This document shows positions 11,101 to 20,906 of a stretch of DNA of 64,000 nucleotides, in pieces; position 1 is the stretch's first letter, and every line of letters begins with the position of its first letter. Both the position numbers and the translations under genes were made by a program. The stretch is from Akkermansiaceae bacterium. Lineage in GTDB: Bacteria > Verrucomicrobiota > Verrucomicrobiia > Verrucomicrobiales > Akkermansiaceae. The DNA is taken from contig JBPOGF010000013.1 of assembly GCA_051251915.1 (NCBI GenBank), positions 32,001 to 96,000 on the forward strand, given 5' to 3'. Below the pieces are notes generated by a model that worked only from the letters and a program-made list of their open reading frames with translations, was not told where the DNA came from and searched no databases.

Positions 11101-11314
11101 CCGCCCCATCATCCTCACCTCTATCACCACATTCGTAGGCCTCATGCCCCTCATGTTTGAGACTTCTATCCAGGCTCAGTTCCTCATCCCTATGGCCATC
11201 TCATTAGGCTTTGGCATCCTATTTGCCACAGCGATCACTCTCTTCCTCATCCCATGCTGCTACATGATGGGTGAAGAAATCAAAGAACTCTGCCTCAAGC
11301 CATGGAGAGACTAA
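8183..11314 (+). CDS. RND efflux permease (AcrB/AcrD/AcrF family)
   Basis: 1043 aa with two periplasmic loops; GMVVDDAIV and RFRPIILTS motifs. Confidence 0.93.
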   Translation: MIRWFTKNHVAANVLMLAIILYGSYLSYYKLGVEVEPAMTFPQVGIKIPYKGASPDAIETQIILPVEKALENLAGIKSITAHAHKDQAQIEVYVTDNVDIKDMKTEIQSRVERISTFPQNDDKPDFYIPDTANWKEVISVAVYGDLSDTVLLTAARKVRDDLTALPGISKVDIKGDGLKEISIEVRPDKLDAYGLTFNDVVNGIRRASVDVSAGGIKANGENVTIRSNNKAYTGENFENLIVKSINGASIRVSDVANVIDSFEEKQKESQLNGMPVLMVEIMRLDGENALTTADIVQDYIKRAADTFPPGIHLAAWDDDSVSLRGRLHTLFTNLLQGAVLVMILLGLFLRPKIAFWVTIGIPVSFAGAAISMYYTGMTANNMSLFGFIIVLGMVVDDAIVTGENIYAKVKSGKHEPMEAAIIGTQEVATPVTFGIITTIVAFLPLMYFDDGYIGNMAKQIPLVVIPVLIFSLIESKFILPAHLKNLKPVSKDSNIVARIQDKVANMMHWFVDKLYTPILKLAISHRYAVLLLFIGILAITRGYQTNRMKFNFIPSTERYFLSADLRMKEGTERQITEAKLNEILEAIEPLRASFIDEGSGKSIIGNVVSTLGGRSSWGQGGDHEASVKLEVTPPSLRVNNHVRNAEIVAKWQELTGTIEGADRFVIRGEKTQGKHSDRGNDGGLSLQLRGNNEDDKDIVVAQMRKWLKEQDVITSTWGTRAQGQRQLQIALKPIAKQSQLTEDAIASQIRTAFYGQQIQKIQRGEDEIKVMLKLPKEMRTSFHTLESLRINLNNGQTAPFSQFATIAETTTPPRITREDNSRIYNFGAIATGMSELLKFEPTITDKMNELCLAYPSVSWKYTGEVADHLNSNNRTLILFLFLMLALFALLAIPFKSFLQPIYVLLAVPFGIVGAIWGHAILGVDLSILSSFGMLALAGIVVNDSLVMVDYINTRRLEGTPLRQAVMEAGARRFRPIILTSITTFVGLMPLMFETSIQAQFLIPMAISLGFGILFATAITLFLIPCCYMMGEEIKELCLKPWRD

Positions 11315-11331
11315 AACCTCTCCACGCGGTA

Positions 11332-11949
11332 TTATTTAGCCATAAACCCAGCCTCGCAAAATGCCACCGCATCCTTAAGGTAATCATCAACATCCAGCGC
11401 CGCATCATTCCTTGATGCCTTTGCTGCCAGTCCCGAAAACGATTGGAACATAAAGACTGCACCAGTTGAGAAAATCAACTTCTCCAACGCTTTCTGAGGA
11501 ACTAACCCCGGACACTGAGCTCGTATTGCTATCCCAAAAATCTGATAAACATCACCGAACGAGTCCAACACCTTCATAGGAACATCGTAATCTCGGTCAA
11601 TCAAATATCTAGCCATTAACCTAGCAAGCATATCAGAACAACCACCATATTCCTCAGGACAAACTACAGGCCGTATATATGCCTCGATCAAGGCATTCAA
11701 CTTCACATTCTCAACCCCACCACATTCGTCCCCCGCTTTCTTAAGCAATCGAACTCTCTGTTTATTCATCGGAACTAACACCTCAATCACAATTTCCTGA
11801 ATCAAACCAGACTTACTCCCAAAATGATAATTTATCGATGCCAGATTCACATCAGCATCCTGAGTAACATCTCTAACGGAAACAGCCTCAAAGCCATCCT
11901 TAGCAAAAAGCCTCCATGCCGACTTCAGTATTTTCTCGCGAGTTTTCAT
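11332..11949 (-). CDS. TetR/AcrR family transcriptional regulator
   Basis: N-terminal HTH: TREKIL..A..LF...GF..VSVRDV...A.VN.ASINYHFGSK. Confidence 0.92.
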   Translation of the reverse strand: MKTREKILKSAWRLFAKDGFEAVSVRDVTQDADVNLASINYHFGSKSGLIQEIVIEVLVPMNKQRVRLLKKAGDECGGVENVKLNALIEAYIRPVVCPEEYGGCSDMLARLMARYLIDRDYDVPMKVLDSFGDVYQIFGIAIRAQCPGLVPQKALEKLIFSTGAVFMFQSFSGLAAKASRNDAALDVDDYLKDAVAFCEAGFMAK

Positions 11950-11951
11950 GA

Positions 11952-12530
11952 TTAGTTAATTTGTAAACTAACTACAGTCGGGTCAAAAAGTTCCGGATTA
12001 AAGTCATCATCCATCCACGCCACGTCACCTTCCTGCGCACTCATATACCCCCAAGTCCCTCCACAATCCTCTGGAGGACATGCCCGTTCCCCTTCCAGTA
12101 ACTCAGCATCAACTTCCTCGCCCTCGTCTAACTCCTTCACCTGCTCAAACACCAACTCATGCACCCAGTCCTCTAAAAAGTCATACCTGTAAAGCATCCG
12201 TAAAGGTAATTTTTTGCGCTTAAGAAATTCGTCAATACTGATCTCATTCTCATCATTAAATTTCCCCTCCACCACTATATCTTCATCATTCGGACCTATG
12301 ACATTGGTCAAATTCTTGCCCTTGCCATAGCGGAATTCATGCTGCTGTTTATTCTCCCAGCCCATTGCCAGTTGAATAGTCTCGTGCAAGTCAGCGAACG
12401 TCGCGCTACCAGAAATAGTGAACCTCCGCCAGATCTGTGGAGAAATTTCATAGAGAAAAACCTTAAGTGTGTGTTTTGTTGGACTCTTTGACATAACAGT
12501 AAGATATGTCAAAAGCCCTATGGTGATCAA
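11952..12530 (-). CDS. pRiA4b ORF-3 family protein
   Basis: IWRRF, LH..IQ.AMGW, YDF..DW.H and G.RACPPEDCGG motifs. Probable start at MSKSPT. Confidence 0.85.
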   Translation of the reverse strand: MITIGLLTYLTVMSKSPTKHTLKVFLYEISPQIWRRFTISGSATFADLHETIQLAMGWENKQQHEFRYGKGKNLTNVIGPNDEDIVVEGKFNDENEISIDEFLKRKKLPLRMLYRYDFLEDWVHELVFEQVKELDEGEEVDAELLEGERACPPEDCGGTWGYMSAQEGDVAWMDDDFNPELFDPTVVSLQIN

Positions 12531-12533
12531 GTA

Positions 12534-13298
12534 TCAATCGCTAACTAGAGCATTTTCCATAGTTCCAGTCCTAATAAAATCATTCACCATCTTCATCACG
12601 AGGAGATCGCTGCTGATAAAAGTATGATCTGCATTCACCACTTTGAATTCCTTGATCCCAAATAACCGCCCCTTTTCCACTGACACTATCCCATCATTTG
12701 AAGCATCTAGAAGCTTCCTGAAAAACGGTAACGCGCTTTTCTCTCCCATAATCACCGCAGCCTCCACCCCTGCACGGAATTCCTCAGACTGGCGAGATCC
12801 GGCCATCCGCTCGCTACTTAGAAACTCCCCCGCTGGACCTAACACACTCTTGATCGGTCTCAGGGGAGAGTTTCTTAGCCAATCTACTATCTCGCTACCT
12901 CTATGAGGCGGCGCTAGCATCACAACACGACCAATATTCTCAACCTGACTAGCTTCTAACAGATCTAACAACCTTTTCACCACCACACCACCTAGCGAGT
13001 GCGTGACAAAATGAATTGTTTTACCCTGCTCTATCCACGGCTGAACCTCAGCTCTAACCACATTTACCAACTCATCTAAGTCACGCCGAAACGATGCGTA
13101 TGGCAGATTCACCGTAGTGTAACCCTGCACAGATAAGTGCCTAGCCATCGGTTGCATAGCCCTAACGGAACGCCATAACCCATGCAGCATGACCACCACT
13201 TCTTGGCCATTTCTATCATCCACCACAGGCTTATCCCATGGCAATGGAGGTGAAAGTACCCCGATCCGTTTGACTTGATATGTCAGATTCATGATCAT
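12534..13298 (-). CDS. Alpha/beta-fold hydrolase (lipase/esterase-like)
   Basis: HGLWR oxyanion motif, THSLGG nucleophile elbow, NDGIV and DHTF. Confidence 0.88.
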   Translation of the reverse strand: MIMNLTYQVKRIGVLSPPLPWDKPVVDDRNGQEVVVMLHGLWRSVRAMQPMARHLSVQGYTTVNLPYASFRRDLDELVNVVRAEVQPWIEQGKTIHFVTHSLGGVVVKRLLDLLEASQVENIGRVVMLAPPHRGSEIVDWLRNSPLRPIKSVLGPAGEFLSSERMAGSRQSEEFRAGVEAAVIMGEKSALPFFRKLLDASNDGIVSVEKGRLFGIKEFKVVNADHTFISSDLLVMKMVNDFIRTGTMENALVSD

Positions 13299-13378
13299 CA
13301 GAATACATCAATCTACAAAAATAGGTCATCGAATAAAATAAAAGAACATCACTCAAATCGATGTTCCTCGCTCAATAA

Positions 13379-13783
13379 TTACTTCGTAACGTACTCAACT
13401 ATCGTCTGATGATACGGAATCAACACATAACAAGCCGCCACTAATGCGACCAAGATCTTTAATGACTTGATCGGTTTAATTAGAAACAAAATAGGAGACG
13501 CCGACACCACAAGTTTGAGGATTAATATCCAACCATCCTTCCCTGTATACCTAGAAAGAATTAACTCCTTAGTAGCTGCATCAGCACCAGAATACTCCGT
13601 ATACAAATCCTTAAACATCACAACAGCAGCAATCCCCGCCGTGATGATAAATACATAAATCAACAACTGCAACAAACCCGAGTTCGATAACGATTTCTTT
13701 ACCAAACCCAGCCCAGCCAACCAAAACATGCCCCAAGCAGCACCCACGGCAATAAATTTGGCTAATTCATAGATTTGTTCCAT
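13379..13783 (-). CDS. Hypothetical membrane protein
   Basis: Four hydrophobic segments; co-directional with rsfS. Confidence 0.65.
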   Translation of the reverse strand: MEQIYELAKFIAVGAAWGMFWLAGLGLVKKSLSNSGLLQLLIYVFIITAGIAAVVMFKDLYTEYSGADAATKELILSRYTGKDGWILILKLVVSASPILFLIKPIKSLKILVALVAACYVLIPYHQTIVEYVTK

Positions 13784-13813
13784 CGAAAAAACTGGATGCT
13801 ACATCATCAATGA

Positions 13814-14164
13814 TTAGTTTTCCCACTCTACCACCGCTGCAGTCTCCCAGAGGTCTTCCAAAGCATAAAGACTACGCATGTCTTCTAACATTACATGAAC
13901 CATCACATCGACATAATCTAACACTACCCATCGTGCATCAGGATTCCCATCAGAACTATGCGGCTGCTCATCATATTTCTCCTGCACATTCTTACCGATG
14001 TCGCGCATGATTGCCTTAAGATGCGGCATTGATGTGCCAGAACAGATCACGATGAAATCCGTGATCGGTGATAATCCACGTACATCCAACACCTTGATGT
14101 CTTCTGCCTTGTTTTCGTCTGCGGCTAGCGCGCATGCTTTTGCCAATTCTATTCCTGCTATCAT
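13814..14164 (-). CDS. rsfS: Ribosome silencing factor RsfS (Iojap)
   Basis: KAEDI.VLDV, TDFIVICSG.S, WVVLDY.DV.VH and Y.LE.LW motifs. Confidence 0.95.
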   Translation of the reverse strand: MIAGIELAKACALAADENKAEDIKVLDVRGLSPITDFIVICSGTSMPHLKAIMRDIGKNVQEKYDEQPHSSDGNPDARWVVLDYVDVMVHVMLEDMRSLYALEDLWETAAVVEWEN

Positions 14165-14306
14165 TTATTAAGTATTCTAAATTGTTCTGTGTCAGATGCC
14201 ATAAAAAAAGCAATCTATTTAGTCATCTTCGCGAGACCTAGTCCGACACCTCCATTGTCACCCCCCACTATTACCATTTCTCACTGAATTCAAAATAATG
14301 ATGAAA

Positions 14307-14382
14307 TGGTGGAGCATAGCGGAATCGAACCGCTGACCTCCTGCATGCCATGCAGGCGCTCTACCAATTGAGCTAATGCCCC
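14307..14382 (-). tRNA. tRNA-Ala (GGC)
   Basis: Reverse complement GGGGCATTAGCTCAATTGGTAGAGCGCCTGCATGGCATGCAGGAGGTCAGCGGTTCGATTCCGCTATGCTCCACCA: 76 nt, G3:U70 pair, anticodon GGC, encoded CCA. Confidence 0.98.
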
Positions 14383-14641
14383 TCTATTCAATCTCGATGA
14401 AACTCGAATAAGTCTCAACTAGTGTTAGATGCGGATTGGAATTATCCCTTATACTCGAAGTTTGCAAGATTTTTATTTTGAATAAATTCTCATCAGTAAA
14501 CAATCCATCATATCACCACATAAAAGCAAGCCTCTCATCAGTTACCTCTCTCACCTTTCAACTGATATGCCTAACTACAAAAAGTCCTAAAATCGTATTC
14601 TTTAGACTTGCATATCAGACACCTTTAGAGTTGTCTCCCAC

Positions 14642-16096
14642 ATGGCAGAGATTTCTTTAGGACTTTCATTTGACGACGTTCTCCTCGTTCCCCAGCACAG
14701 CGCTGTGATCCCGAACGAAACGAACATTTCATCATGGTTAACGCAAAACATTGGGCTCAATATCCCAGTCGTTTCCGCAGCCATGGACTCAGTTTCAGAA
14801 GCTGAACTTGCAATGGCACTCGCCCGCGAAGGCGGTATCGGCGTCATTCACCGCAACAACACCATCGCAGAACAAGCCGCCATGGTCTCAAAGGTGAAAC
14901 GCTCAGAAAATGCCGTCATCTACGACCCATACACCGTTAACAAAAATATGGTCGTAGCTGAGATTCGCCAAATCATGAACGATGAAGGATTCGCAGGTTT
15001 CCCAGTCGTAGGTGAAGGAAAAATGCTCGAAGGAATGGTCACCGAGCGTGACGTCAGACACAGCGCCAACGAAACACGCAAAGTCTCTGAGGTAATGACA
15101 CCCATCGAGAGACTCGTCACAGCACCGGCCAACACCACCATCGAAGAAGCACGCCGCATCCTCTACGTAAACCGTATCGAAAAATTACCACTCGTTAACT
15201 CTGATGGCACACTAGCTGGTCTCATCACAGGAGCTGACATCGAGAAACGCCTCCTATTCACCAGCGCCGCCAAAGATGCCAATGGAAGACTCCGCTGTGG
15301 AGCTGCAGTAGGTCCAGGACCAGAATGCGTTGAGCGTGCACAAGCACTCATCGCAGCTGGAGCAGACGCACTATTTATCGATGCCGCCACTGGTCATACC
15401 AGCCGCGTCATGGAAGTCATCTCCACCCTCCGTGGATTAGGAGACACCCCCATCGTGGCAGGGAACGTAGTCACCCGCCAAGGCGCAGAAGACCTCGTAA
15501 ACGCCGGCGCTTCAGCCGTCAAAGTAGGTGTCGGCCCCGGCTCCATCTGCACCACACGTATAGTCGCAGGTGTAGGTATGCCTCAGTTCACAGCCATCCA
15601 AAACGTCGCAGGCTACTGCCGAGACAAAGGCGTAGCAGTCATCGCAGACGGCGGCATCCGCTACTCAGGTGATGTAGTAAAAGCCATCGCGGCCGGCGCA
15701 GACCTCGTCATGCTAGGCTCCATCCTCGCTGGAACCCGTGAGTCACCAGGAAACATGGTCCACTATCAAGGAAGAAGATTTAAGTCATACCGAGGCATGG
15801 GGTCACTAGGTGCCATGAACAAAGGATCAAAAGACCGCTACAGCCAAAACGCCTCCGGCAAAATGGTAGCAGAAGGCGTAGAAGGTCGCGTCCCATACAA
15901 AGGGCCACTCACAGACGTCATATTCCAACTCATGGGCGGACTCAAATCAGGACTCGGATACGTCGGAGCAGACAGCCTAAACTCACTCCGCGAGCGCGCC
16001 ACATTCACCCAGATCACTGCAGGTGGCCTCCGTGAATCCCACGCTCACGACATCACCATCACAGAAGAGCCCACCAACTACCAACCAGTAGGCTAG
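14642..16096 (+). CDS. guaB: IMP dehydrogenase
   Basis: [16 protein letters not shown] pair, [23 protein letters not shown]. Confidence 0.98.
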   Translation: MAEISLGLSFDDVLLVPQHSAVIPNETNISSWLTQNIGLNIPVVSAAMDSVSEAELAMALAREGGIGVIHRNNTIAEQAAMVSKVKRSENAVIYDPYTVNKNMVVAEIRQIMNDEGFAGFPVVGEGKMLEGMVTERDVRHSANETRKVSEVMTPIERLVTAPANTTIEEARRILYVNRIEKLPLVNSDGTLAGLITGADIEKRLLFTSAAKDANGRLRCGAAVGPGPECVERAQALIAAGADALFIDAATGHTSRVMEVISTLRGLGDTPIVAGNVVTRQGAEDLVNAGASAVKVGVGPGSICTTRIVAGVGMPQFTAIQNVAGYCRDKGVAVIADGGIRYSGDVVKAIAAGADLVMLGSILAGTRESPGNMVHYQGRRFKSYRGMGSLGAMNKGSKDRYSQNASGKMVAEGVEGRVPYKGPLTDVIFQLMGGLKSGLGYVGADSLNSLRERATFTQITAGGLRESHAHDITITEEPTNYQPVG

Positions 16097-16146
16097 AGCA
16101 AAGCTCCAATTTAAACCATCAATCACAAATTTCAAATCAGCTAACC

Positions 16147-17670
16147 ATGCAAGAAATCAACCACGTAGCCGTCCTAGACTTCGGCTCCCAATACACCCAA
16201 CTCATCGTCCGTCGCGTCCGTGAGCTAGGCTACTTCGCCAAACTCTACCAACCAGAAAACCTCGCCAATATCGGCACACCAGGAGCCATCATCCTCTCAG
16301 GAGGACCATCATCCACCAGTGATGAAGACGCACCAGACATCGACTTCGAGCGACTAAAATCCTACAACGTCCCCGTCCTCGGAGTCTGTTACGGAATGCA
16401 ACTCCTCAACATCAAATTCGGCGGCTCCGTAAAATCCAGCAAACACCGCGAATACGGCCAAGCAGGTCTCTTCCCTGTCACAACAGAAGGACTCTACTCC
16501 GGCATCTCAGCAGAAAGCCAGGTCTGGATGAGCCACTCAGACACCGTAGATCACCTCGCTGACAACTGCACAGTCATCGCCAAAAACCAACACGGAACAC
16601 CAGTATCCCTCCAGTGGGGAGACTCCTTCTACGGTATCCAATACCACCCAGAAGTCACTCACTCACACGAAGGAACCCAAATCCTCAAAAACTTCCTAGA
16701 TACAGCCGGTGAACTCGCTGTATTCTATATCGAAGACTTCAAACAAGAAATCATCGCAGAAATCCGCGAACGCTGCGGAGACAAACAAGTCGTCTGTGGA
16801 GTCTCAGGCGGAGTAGATTCCACCGTCCTCGCCGTCCTTCTCAATGAAGCCGGCGTCAACGTCCAAGCCATCTACGTCGACCAAGGCCTAATGCGCAAAA
16901 ACGAAACCGCTGAAGTAGAAGCCAACTTCAAACGCATGGGAGTTCCCATCACCGTCGTAGACGCCTCAGAAAGATTCCTCACAGCACTCGCCGGAGAAGC
17001 GGACCCAGAGAAAAAGCGCAAAATCATCGGCAACATGTTTATCGACGTCTTCTGGGACGCAGTCGGCAACGCAGAAATGCTCGCCCAAGGCACCCTCTAC
17101 CCAGATGTCATCGAGTCCGCATCCAACGAGAACTCAAAAGCCTCCACCATCAAGACTCACCACAACAGAGTCGCTCGCATCCTAGAAATGCAAAAACAAG
17201 GCAAAGTCCTCGAACCCCTCGCTGAACTATTCAAAGACGAAGTCCGCGAACTCGGAGCCACCATGGGCATCGCCCCAGACATCCTAAACCGTCACCCATT
17301 CCCAGGACCAGGACTAGCAGTCCGCTGCCCAGGTGACCTCACCAAGGAAAAACTAGACATCATTCGCGACTGCGACGCCATCTTCATCGAAGAACTAAAA
17401 GCCAGCGGCTGGTACGAAAAAACCTGGCAAGCATACGCCGGCCTCATCCCAGTAAAAACCGTCGGAGTCAAAGGAGACGAACGCAGTTACGAGTTCGCCA
17501 CCAACCTCCGCGCCGTCATCTCAGAAGACGCCATGACAGCAGACTGGGTAGACCTCCCCACCCCACTCCTCAGAAAAGTCTCCAGCCGCATCCTCAACGA
17601 AGTAGACGGCATCAACAGAGTCCTCTACGACATCTCCAGTAAACCCCCAGCATCCATCGAATGGGAATAA
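16147..17670 (+). CDS. guaA: GMP synthase (glutamine-hydrolysing)
   Basis: LDFGSQY, GVCYGMQ, HPEV, SGGVDS, IKTHHN, HPFPGPGL and terminal KPPASIEWE. Confidence 0.98.
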   Translation: MQEINHVAVLDFGSQYTQLIVRRVRELGYFAKLYQPENLANIGTPGAIILSGGPSSTSDEDAPDIDFERLKSYNVPVLGVCYGMQLLNIKFGGSVKSSKHREYGQAGLFPVTTEGLYSGISAESQVWMSHSDTVDHLADNCTVIAKNQHGTPVSLQWGDSFYGIQYHPEVTHSHEGTQILKNFLDTAGELAVFYIEDFKQEIIAEIRERCGDKQVVCGVSGGVDSTVLAVLLNEAGVNVQAIYVDQGLMRKNETAEVEANFKRMGVPITVVDASERFLTALAGEADPEKKRKIIGNMFIDVFWDAVGNAEMLAQGTLYPDVIESASNENSKASTIKTHHNRVARILEMQKQGKVLEPLAELFKDEVRELGATMGIAPDILNRHPFPGPGLAVRCPGDLTKEKLDIIRDCDAIFIEELKASGWYEKTWQAYAGLIPVKTVGVKGDERSYEFATNLRAVISEDAMTADWVDLPTPLLRKVSSRILNEVDGINRVLYDISSKPPASIEWE

Positions 17671-17718
17671 ACTAAAAAAGGAATTCAAAACGAACTCAAC
17701 TTAAACACAAAACGGCAC
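17560..17718 (+). repeat. Direct repeat copy 1 (guaA 3' end plus downstream spacer)
   Basis: Aligns by eye with 19192-19351. Confidence 0.9.
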
Positions 17719-17746
17719 CCAAGCATTCGCTTAGGTGCCGTTTTTT
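17709..17746. terminator. Intrinsic terminator, probably bidirectional, between guaA and the convergent gene
   Basis: AAAACGGCACC-CAAGCATTCGCTTA-GGTGCCGTTTTTT hairpin. Confidence 0.85.
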
Positions 17747-17764
17747 AAATAACTAAAACGTACG

Positions 17765-19033
17765 CTAACTAGTTTTCTCTCCTAATTGCTTAGCCACCTT
17801 CTCCACCCAAGGCACCCCAATATACTCCTCAAGAAGCTTAGCCGCACCCTTCTGGATCTCTTTAGTCGTATGCTTCATACGTGAACCAGGTCCAATAGGA
17901 GCCAAATATTTCTCTCCAAACTTCTCAATAGCCACCCTACCCTCAAGATACTTAACCACAGCCTCATCACCCTCTAGCTTTCTATGTAAACTCTCAAACT
18001 GTGACTTATTAGAACCAGTCATTTTACACGTATTCAACAAATGATCCGTCCAATAATAAGCCCTTCCAGGAGAATCCGCTAAATCCTCTGTTAAATACTT
18101 ATAAAACCTCGTCTCAAACGCCCCTATCTCCTCCGAAGTAGCCTTACCAGAATATGCATTTCTAGTGTACAGCCAAATAATACCATCATTCGGAGGCTCA
18201 GGCCCTAGCCCGCCATGACCACCAGGTGCAATCCGTAAAGTTGCATTACGCCCTATCTCATCCACTGCAAAAGCAGAAGCATAGCGGTTATAATCACGCG
18301 CACCAGTAATCACATAATAAAATCCACTCTTAGGAGGCGTCTCGTCAGGAATATATCCTATCATCGGCATCGCCCCTCCATATTTATAATGAGCAGCATT
18401 CCAAAATGCACGCGCCCCACCACCAGAACCACCAGTGAAAAACACCCGCTCCTTATCGAACGAGAACTTATCAAAAGCATGCATTAAATTATTATGAATA
18501 TGCGTACCATTCACCTTCCCCTTATTACTAGAATTTCCACAAGCAATCAAAACCATCCCCGTCAACTCAGACGCAGGAACCATTAACTGAAGATTTCTCG
18601 CATTCCCCGGACTAGCACCAGTATAAAACATTGCCGAAACCTTCCCTCCCACCTTGACCGTAGATGGCACATAATGATAATAAAATGACTCATCTTTAGA
18701 TGACTCAGGACCACCAATCTCAGCCTTTACAACCTTCTTCCCTGAGCCCCCCTCAACTTTTGCCCCCACCGGCTCTTCCTCCACATCAGGCTCCTCAGCA
18801 AAATGAGCCATAACAAACTCCTGATCAACAGCTGACAACATAGCAAGCGGAACCTTCACCGTCCTACCATTAGCCCTAAGCATGGTCACCACATCATCAC
18901 TGAAGACTGTCGCCACTGCCGTAATGGTCTTACCATCAACCGATGTCCAAGTTCTAGATTCTGTAGGTTCAGCTGCACACAACACTCCATTGAAACACAA
19001 CGACATTAGACATATAAGAGAAAAATTTTTCAT
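17765..19033 (-). CDS. Secreted SHD1-domain protein with alpha/beta-hydrolase-like domain
   Basis: Signal peptide; RTWTSVDGKTITA...VPLAMLSAVDQEFV (SHD1-like); TGGSGGG elbow, GARD and GGH as a candidate catalytic triad. Confidence 0.7.
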   Translation of the reverse strand: MKNFSLICLMSLCFNGVLCAAEPTESRTWTSVDGKTITAVATVFSDDVVTMLRANGRTVKVPLAMLSAVDQEFVMAHFAEEPDVEEEPVGAKVEGGSGKKVVKAEIGGPESSKDESFYYHYVPSTVKVGGKVSAMFYTGASPGNARNLQLMVPASELTGMVLIACGNSSNKGKVNGTHIHNNLMHAFDKFSFDKERVFFTGGSGGGARAFWNAAHYKYGGAMPMIGYIPDETPPKSGFYYVITGARDYNRYASAFAVDEIGRNATLRIAPGGHGGLGPEPPNDGIIWLYTRNAYSGKATSEEIGAFETRFYKYLTEDLADSPGRAYYWTDHLLNTCKMTGSNKSQFESLHRKLEGDEAVVKYLEGRVAIEKFGEKYLAPIGPGSRMKHTTKEIQKGAAKLLEEYIGVPWVEKVAKQLGEKTS

Positions 19034-19191
19034 GACATTATAAACACATATAGATTTTATGATTAACCTAAAAGCACATCGCTATCAAAACAGATAATAC
19101 AAACCAGGCAAGCACAAATGAACTAACATCTGTGCCTGATAAAAAATTTATAAACACCTCTATAACAAAAATCACCCCAGCTCCTCAAGAT

Positions 19192-19351
19192 ACCCCACTC
19201 CTCAGAAAAAGTCTCCAGCCGTATCCTCAAACGAAGTCGACGGCATCAACAGAGTCCTCTACGACATCTCTAGCCCCCCCCTGCGTCCACCGAATGAGAA
19301 TAAACTAAAAAAGCAATTCAAAACGAACTCAACTTAAACACAAAACGGCAC
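19192..19351 (+). pseudogene. Degenerate duplicate of the guaA 3' end and downstream spacer (direct repeat copy 2)
   Basis: accccactcctcagaaaaagtctccagccgtatcctcaaacgaagtcgacggcatcaacagagtcctctacgacatctc...aacttaaacacaaaacggcac matches 17560-17718 with small indels and substitutions. Confidence 0.9.
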
Positions 19352-19375
19352 TCCTCCCTGAGATATACTGTTAAT

Positions 19376-19801
19376 TTACTTAACTACTTTCCCATACCGC
19401 AAGGACAGATAACAAACGACAGACAACATAAGTGCTATCTCTATTCTACCTAAACCAGTAGATAAACCAATAGCCCCAGTCACCCAAATAGACACAGCCG
19501 TTGACATACCACTAACTTTATTATCCTGCTTCAGGATAACACCACCCCCTAGAAAACCTAGCCCCGTGATAACAGCCCCCACAATACGCGGCAATGCACT
19601 AGCCTCCGCAAGTCCACCTGCCAGCAATGCAAAGGCACAAGTAGCCACCCCGATTAAAGGGAAAGTCCTTATACCCGCTGATCTATCAGCCACCTCTCTA
19701 TTCCAACCTATAGGTAAAGATAGCAAGTAAGCAGCGGCGATAAATATCAGAGAGCTAACAGCCGCGTCACAATCAAACTGCATAAATTTCTCTACATTCA
19801 T
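19376..19801 (-). CDS. MgtC/SapB family membrane protein
   Basis: IGWNRE...AGIRTF, GLGFLGGG.I, V.G.STA.SIW..GAIG. Start moved to MNVEKF (19801) to avoid overlap with obgE. Confidence 0.88.
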   Translation of the reverse strand: MNVEKFMQFDCDAAVSSLIFIAAAYLLSLPIGWNREVADRSAGIRTFPLIGVATCAFALLAGGLAEASALPRIVGAVITGLGFLGGGVILKQDNKVSGMSTAVSIWVTGAIGLSTGLGRIEIALMLSVVCYLSLRYGKVVK

Positions 19802-19844
19802 AACTTTATTAATTTGATCCAACAGCGAGTATTTCGCAAGAAAA

Positions 19845-20906
19845 CTACCCCTGCTCCTCGTCTTTAGGTCGGTAAGCCACAGTCTCCTCAAGATAGCCTC
19901 TCAACTCCTCTAGATTCTGCTCCTCAGCAGCTGAAATCGGTATAATTCTCTGCTTAGGGAATCTCTGTTTGAAGATCTCCAAGTTCTCTTCTGCTCCCTC
20001 AAGATCCATCTTATTCGCCACAATGATCCACTCAAACTTAGCAAGATCCTCATCATACATGCTAATCTCAGTACGCAAAATCTCCAGATCTTCAATAGGA
20101 TCTCTCCCATCAACACCACCCATATCCACCACAAATAGTAACACGTGACAGCGAGTAATATGCCTCAAAAACTCATGACCTAAACCTCTGTTCTCATGCG
20201 CTCCTTCAATCAACCCCGGAATATCAGCAACTGTACAACGCTTGAATCCAGGAAACTCCACCACGCCAACCATCGGCTTCAGTGTCGTAAATGGATAAGA
20301 TCCTATCTTAGGCTCAGCAGCAGAAAGCTTGCTCACAAGCGTAGACTTTCCAGCATTAGGAAATCCTACCATACCCGCATCAGCTATCCTTCTTAGCTCG
20401 AAATAATAAACCCCTTCATCCCCTTCTGTCCCGAGCGTGTGCTCCTCAGGGGAACGGTTAACAGATGATTTATAGTGAAAGTTTCCCTTACCACCCTTAC
20501 CGCCACTACAGAGAAGGAACTCATCCCCATACTTAGTAAGATCAGCAATAGGATCCAAATCAATTCCCTCTCCACGCTCCATCTCCACAGCATCCTTAAT
20601 AGTAAGCGCAGGACTCTTATAAACCACAGTCCCAGGTGGAACCTTAGCAATTCTAGTCTTACCACTCTTACCATGCTTACGAGCACCAGCTCCATGAACT
20701 CCACTCTTCGCCACGATCTTAGGATCATAAAAGAATTCCTTCAAGTTATCCGTATGCGGGCTCACCTGTAGAATAATGTCGCCACCATTTCCACCATCAC
20801 CACCATCCGGTCCACCCTTCGGTCTAAACTTCTCTCTACGGAAATGAACTACGCCATTACCGCCATCGCCAGCCTTACAATAAACTCTGATATTATCTAC
20901 AAACAT
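19845..20906 (-). CDS. obgE: GTPase Obg/CgtA
   Basis: MFVD...AGDGGNG..FRREKF.PKGGPDGGDGG, GFPNAGKST, YPFTT, DIPG, NKMD. Confidence 0.97.
   Translation of the reverse strand: MFVDNIRVYCKAGDGGNGVVHFRREKFRPKGGPDGGDGGNGGDIILQVSPHTDNLKEFFYDPKIVAKSGVHGAGARKHGKSGKTRIAKVPPGTVVYKSPALTIKDAVEMERGEGIDLDPIADLTKYGDEFLLCSGGKGGKGNFHYKSSVNRSPEEHTLGTEGDEGVYYFELRRIADAGMVGFPNAGKSTLVSKLSAAEPKIGSYPFTTLKPMVGVVEFPGFKRCTVADIPGLIEGAHENRGLGHEFLRHITRCHVLLFVVDMGGVDGRDPIEDLEILRTEISMYDEDLAKFEWIIVANKMDLEGAEENLEIFKQRFPKQRIIPISAAEEQNLEELRGYLEETVAYRPKDEEQG

Noticed and set aside
11952..12530. pRiA4b ORF-3 protein as a sign of plasmid or mobile DNA
   Set aside because: The family is common on chromosomes. The gene is tightly packed in an operon with host-like composition and no mobility genes.
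14307..14382. tRNA-Ala as an island integration site
   Set aside because: No duplicated tRNA 3' end or integrase nearby; flanked by rsfS and guaB.
14383..14641. Purine riboswitch upstream of guaB
   Set aside because: No recognisable aptamer core; a promoter-like TAGACT-N17-TAGAGT lies only 10 nt before the ATG, leaving no room for one.
19802..19891. Apparent overlap of the MgtC ORF with the obgE 3' end
   Set aside because: Artefact of longest-ORF calling; homology begins after the ATG at 19801 or 19783.
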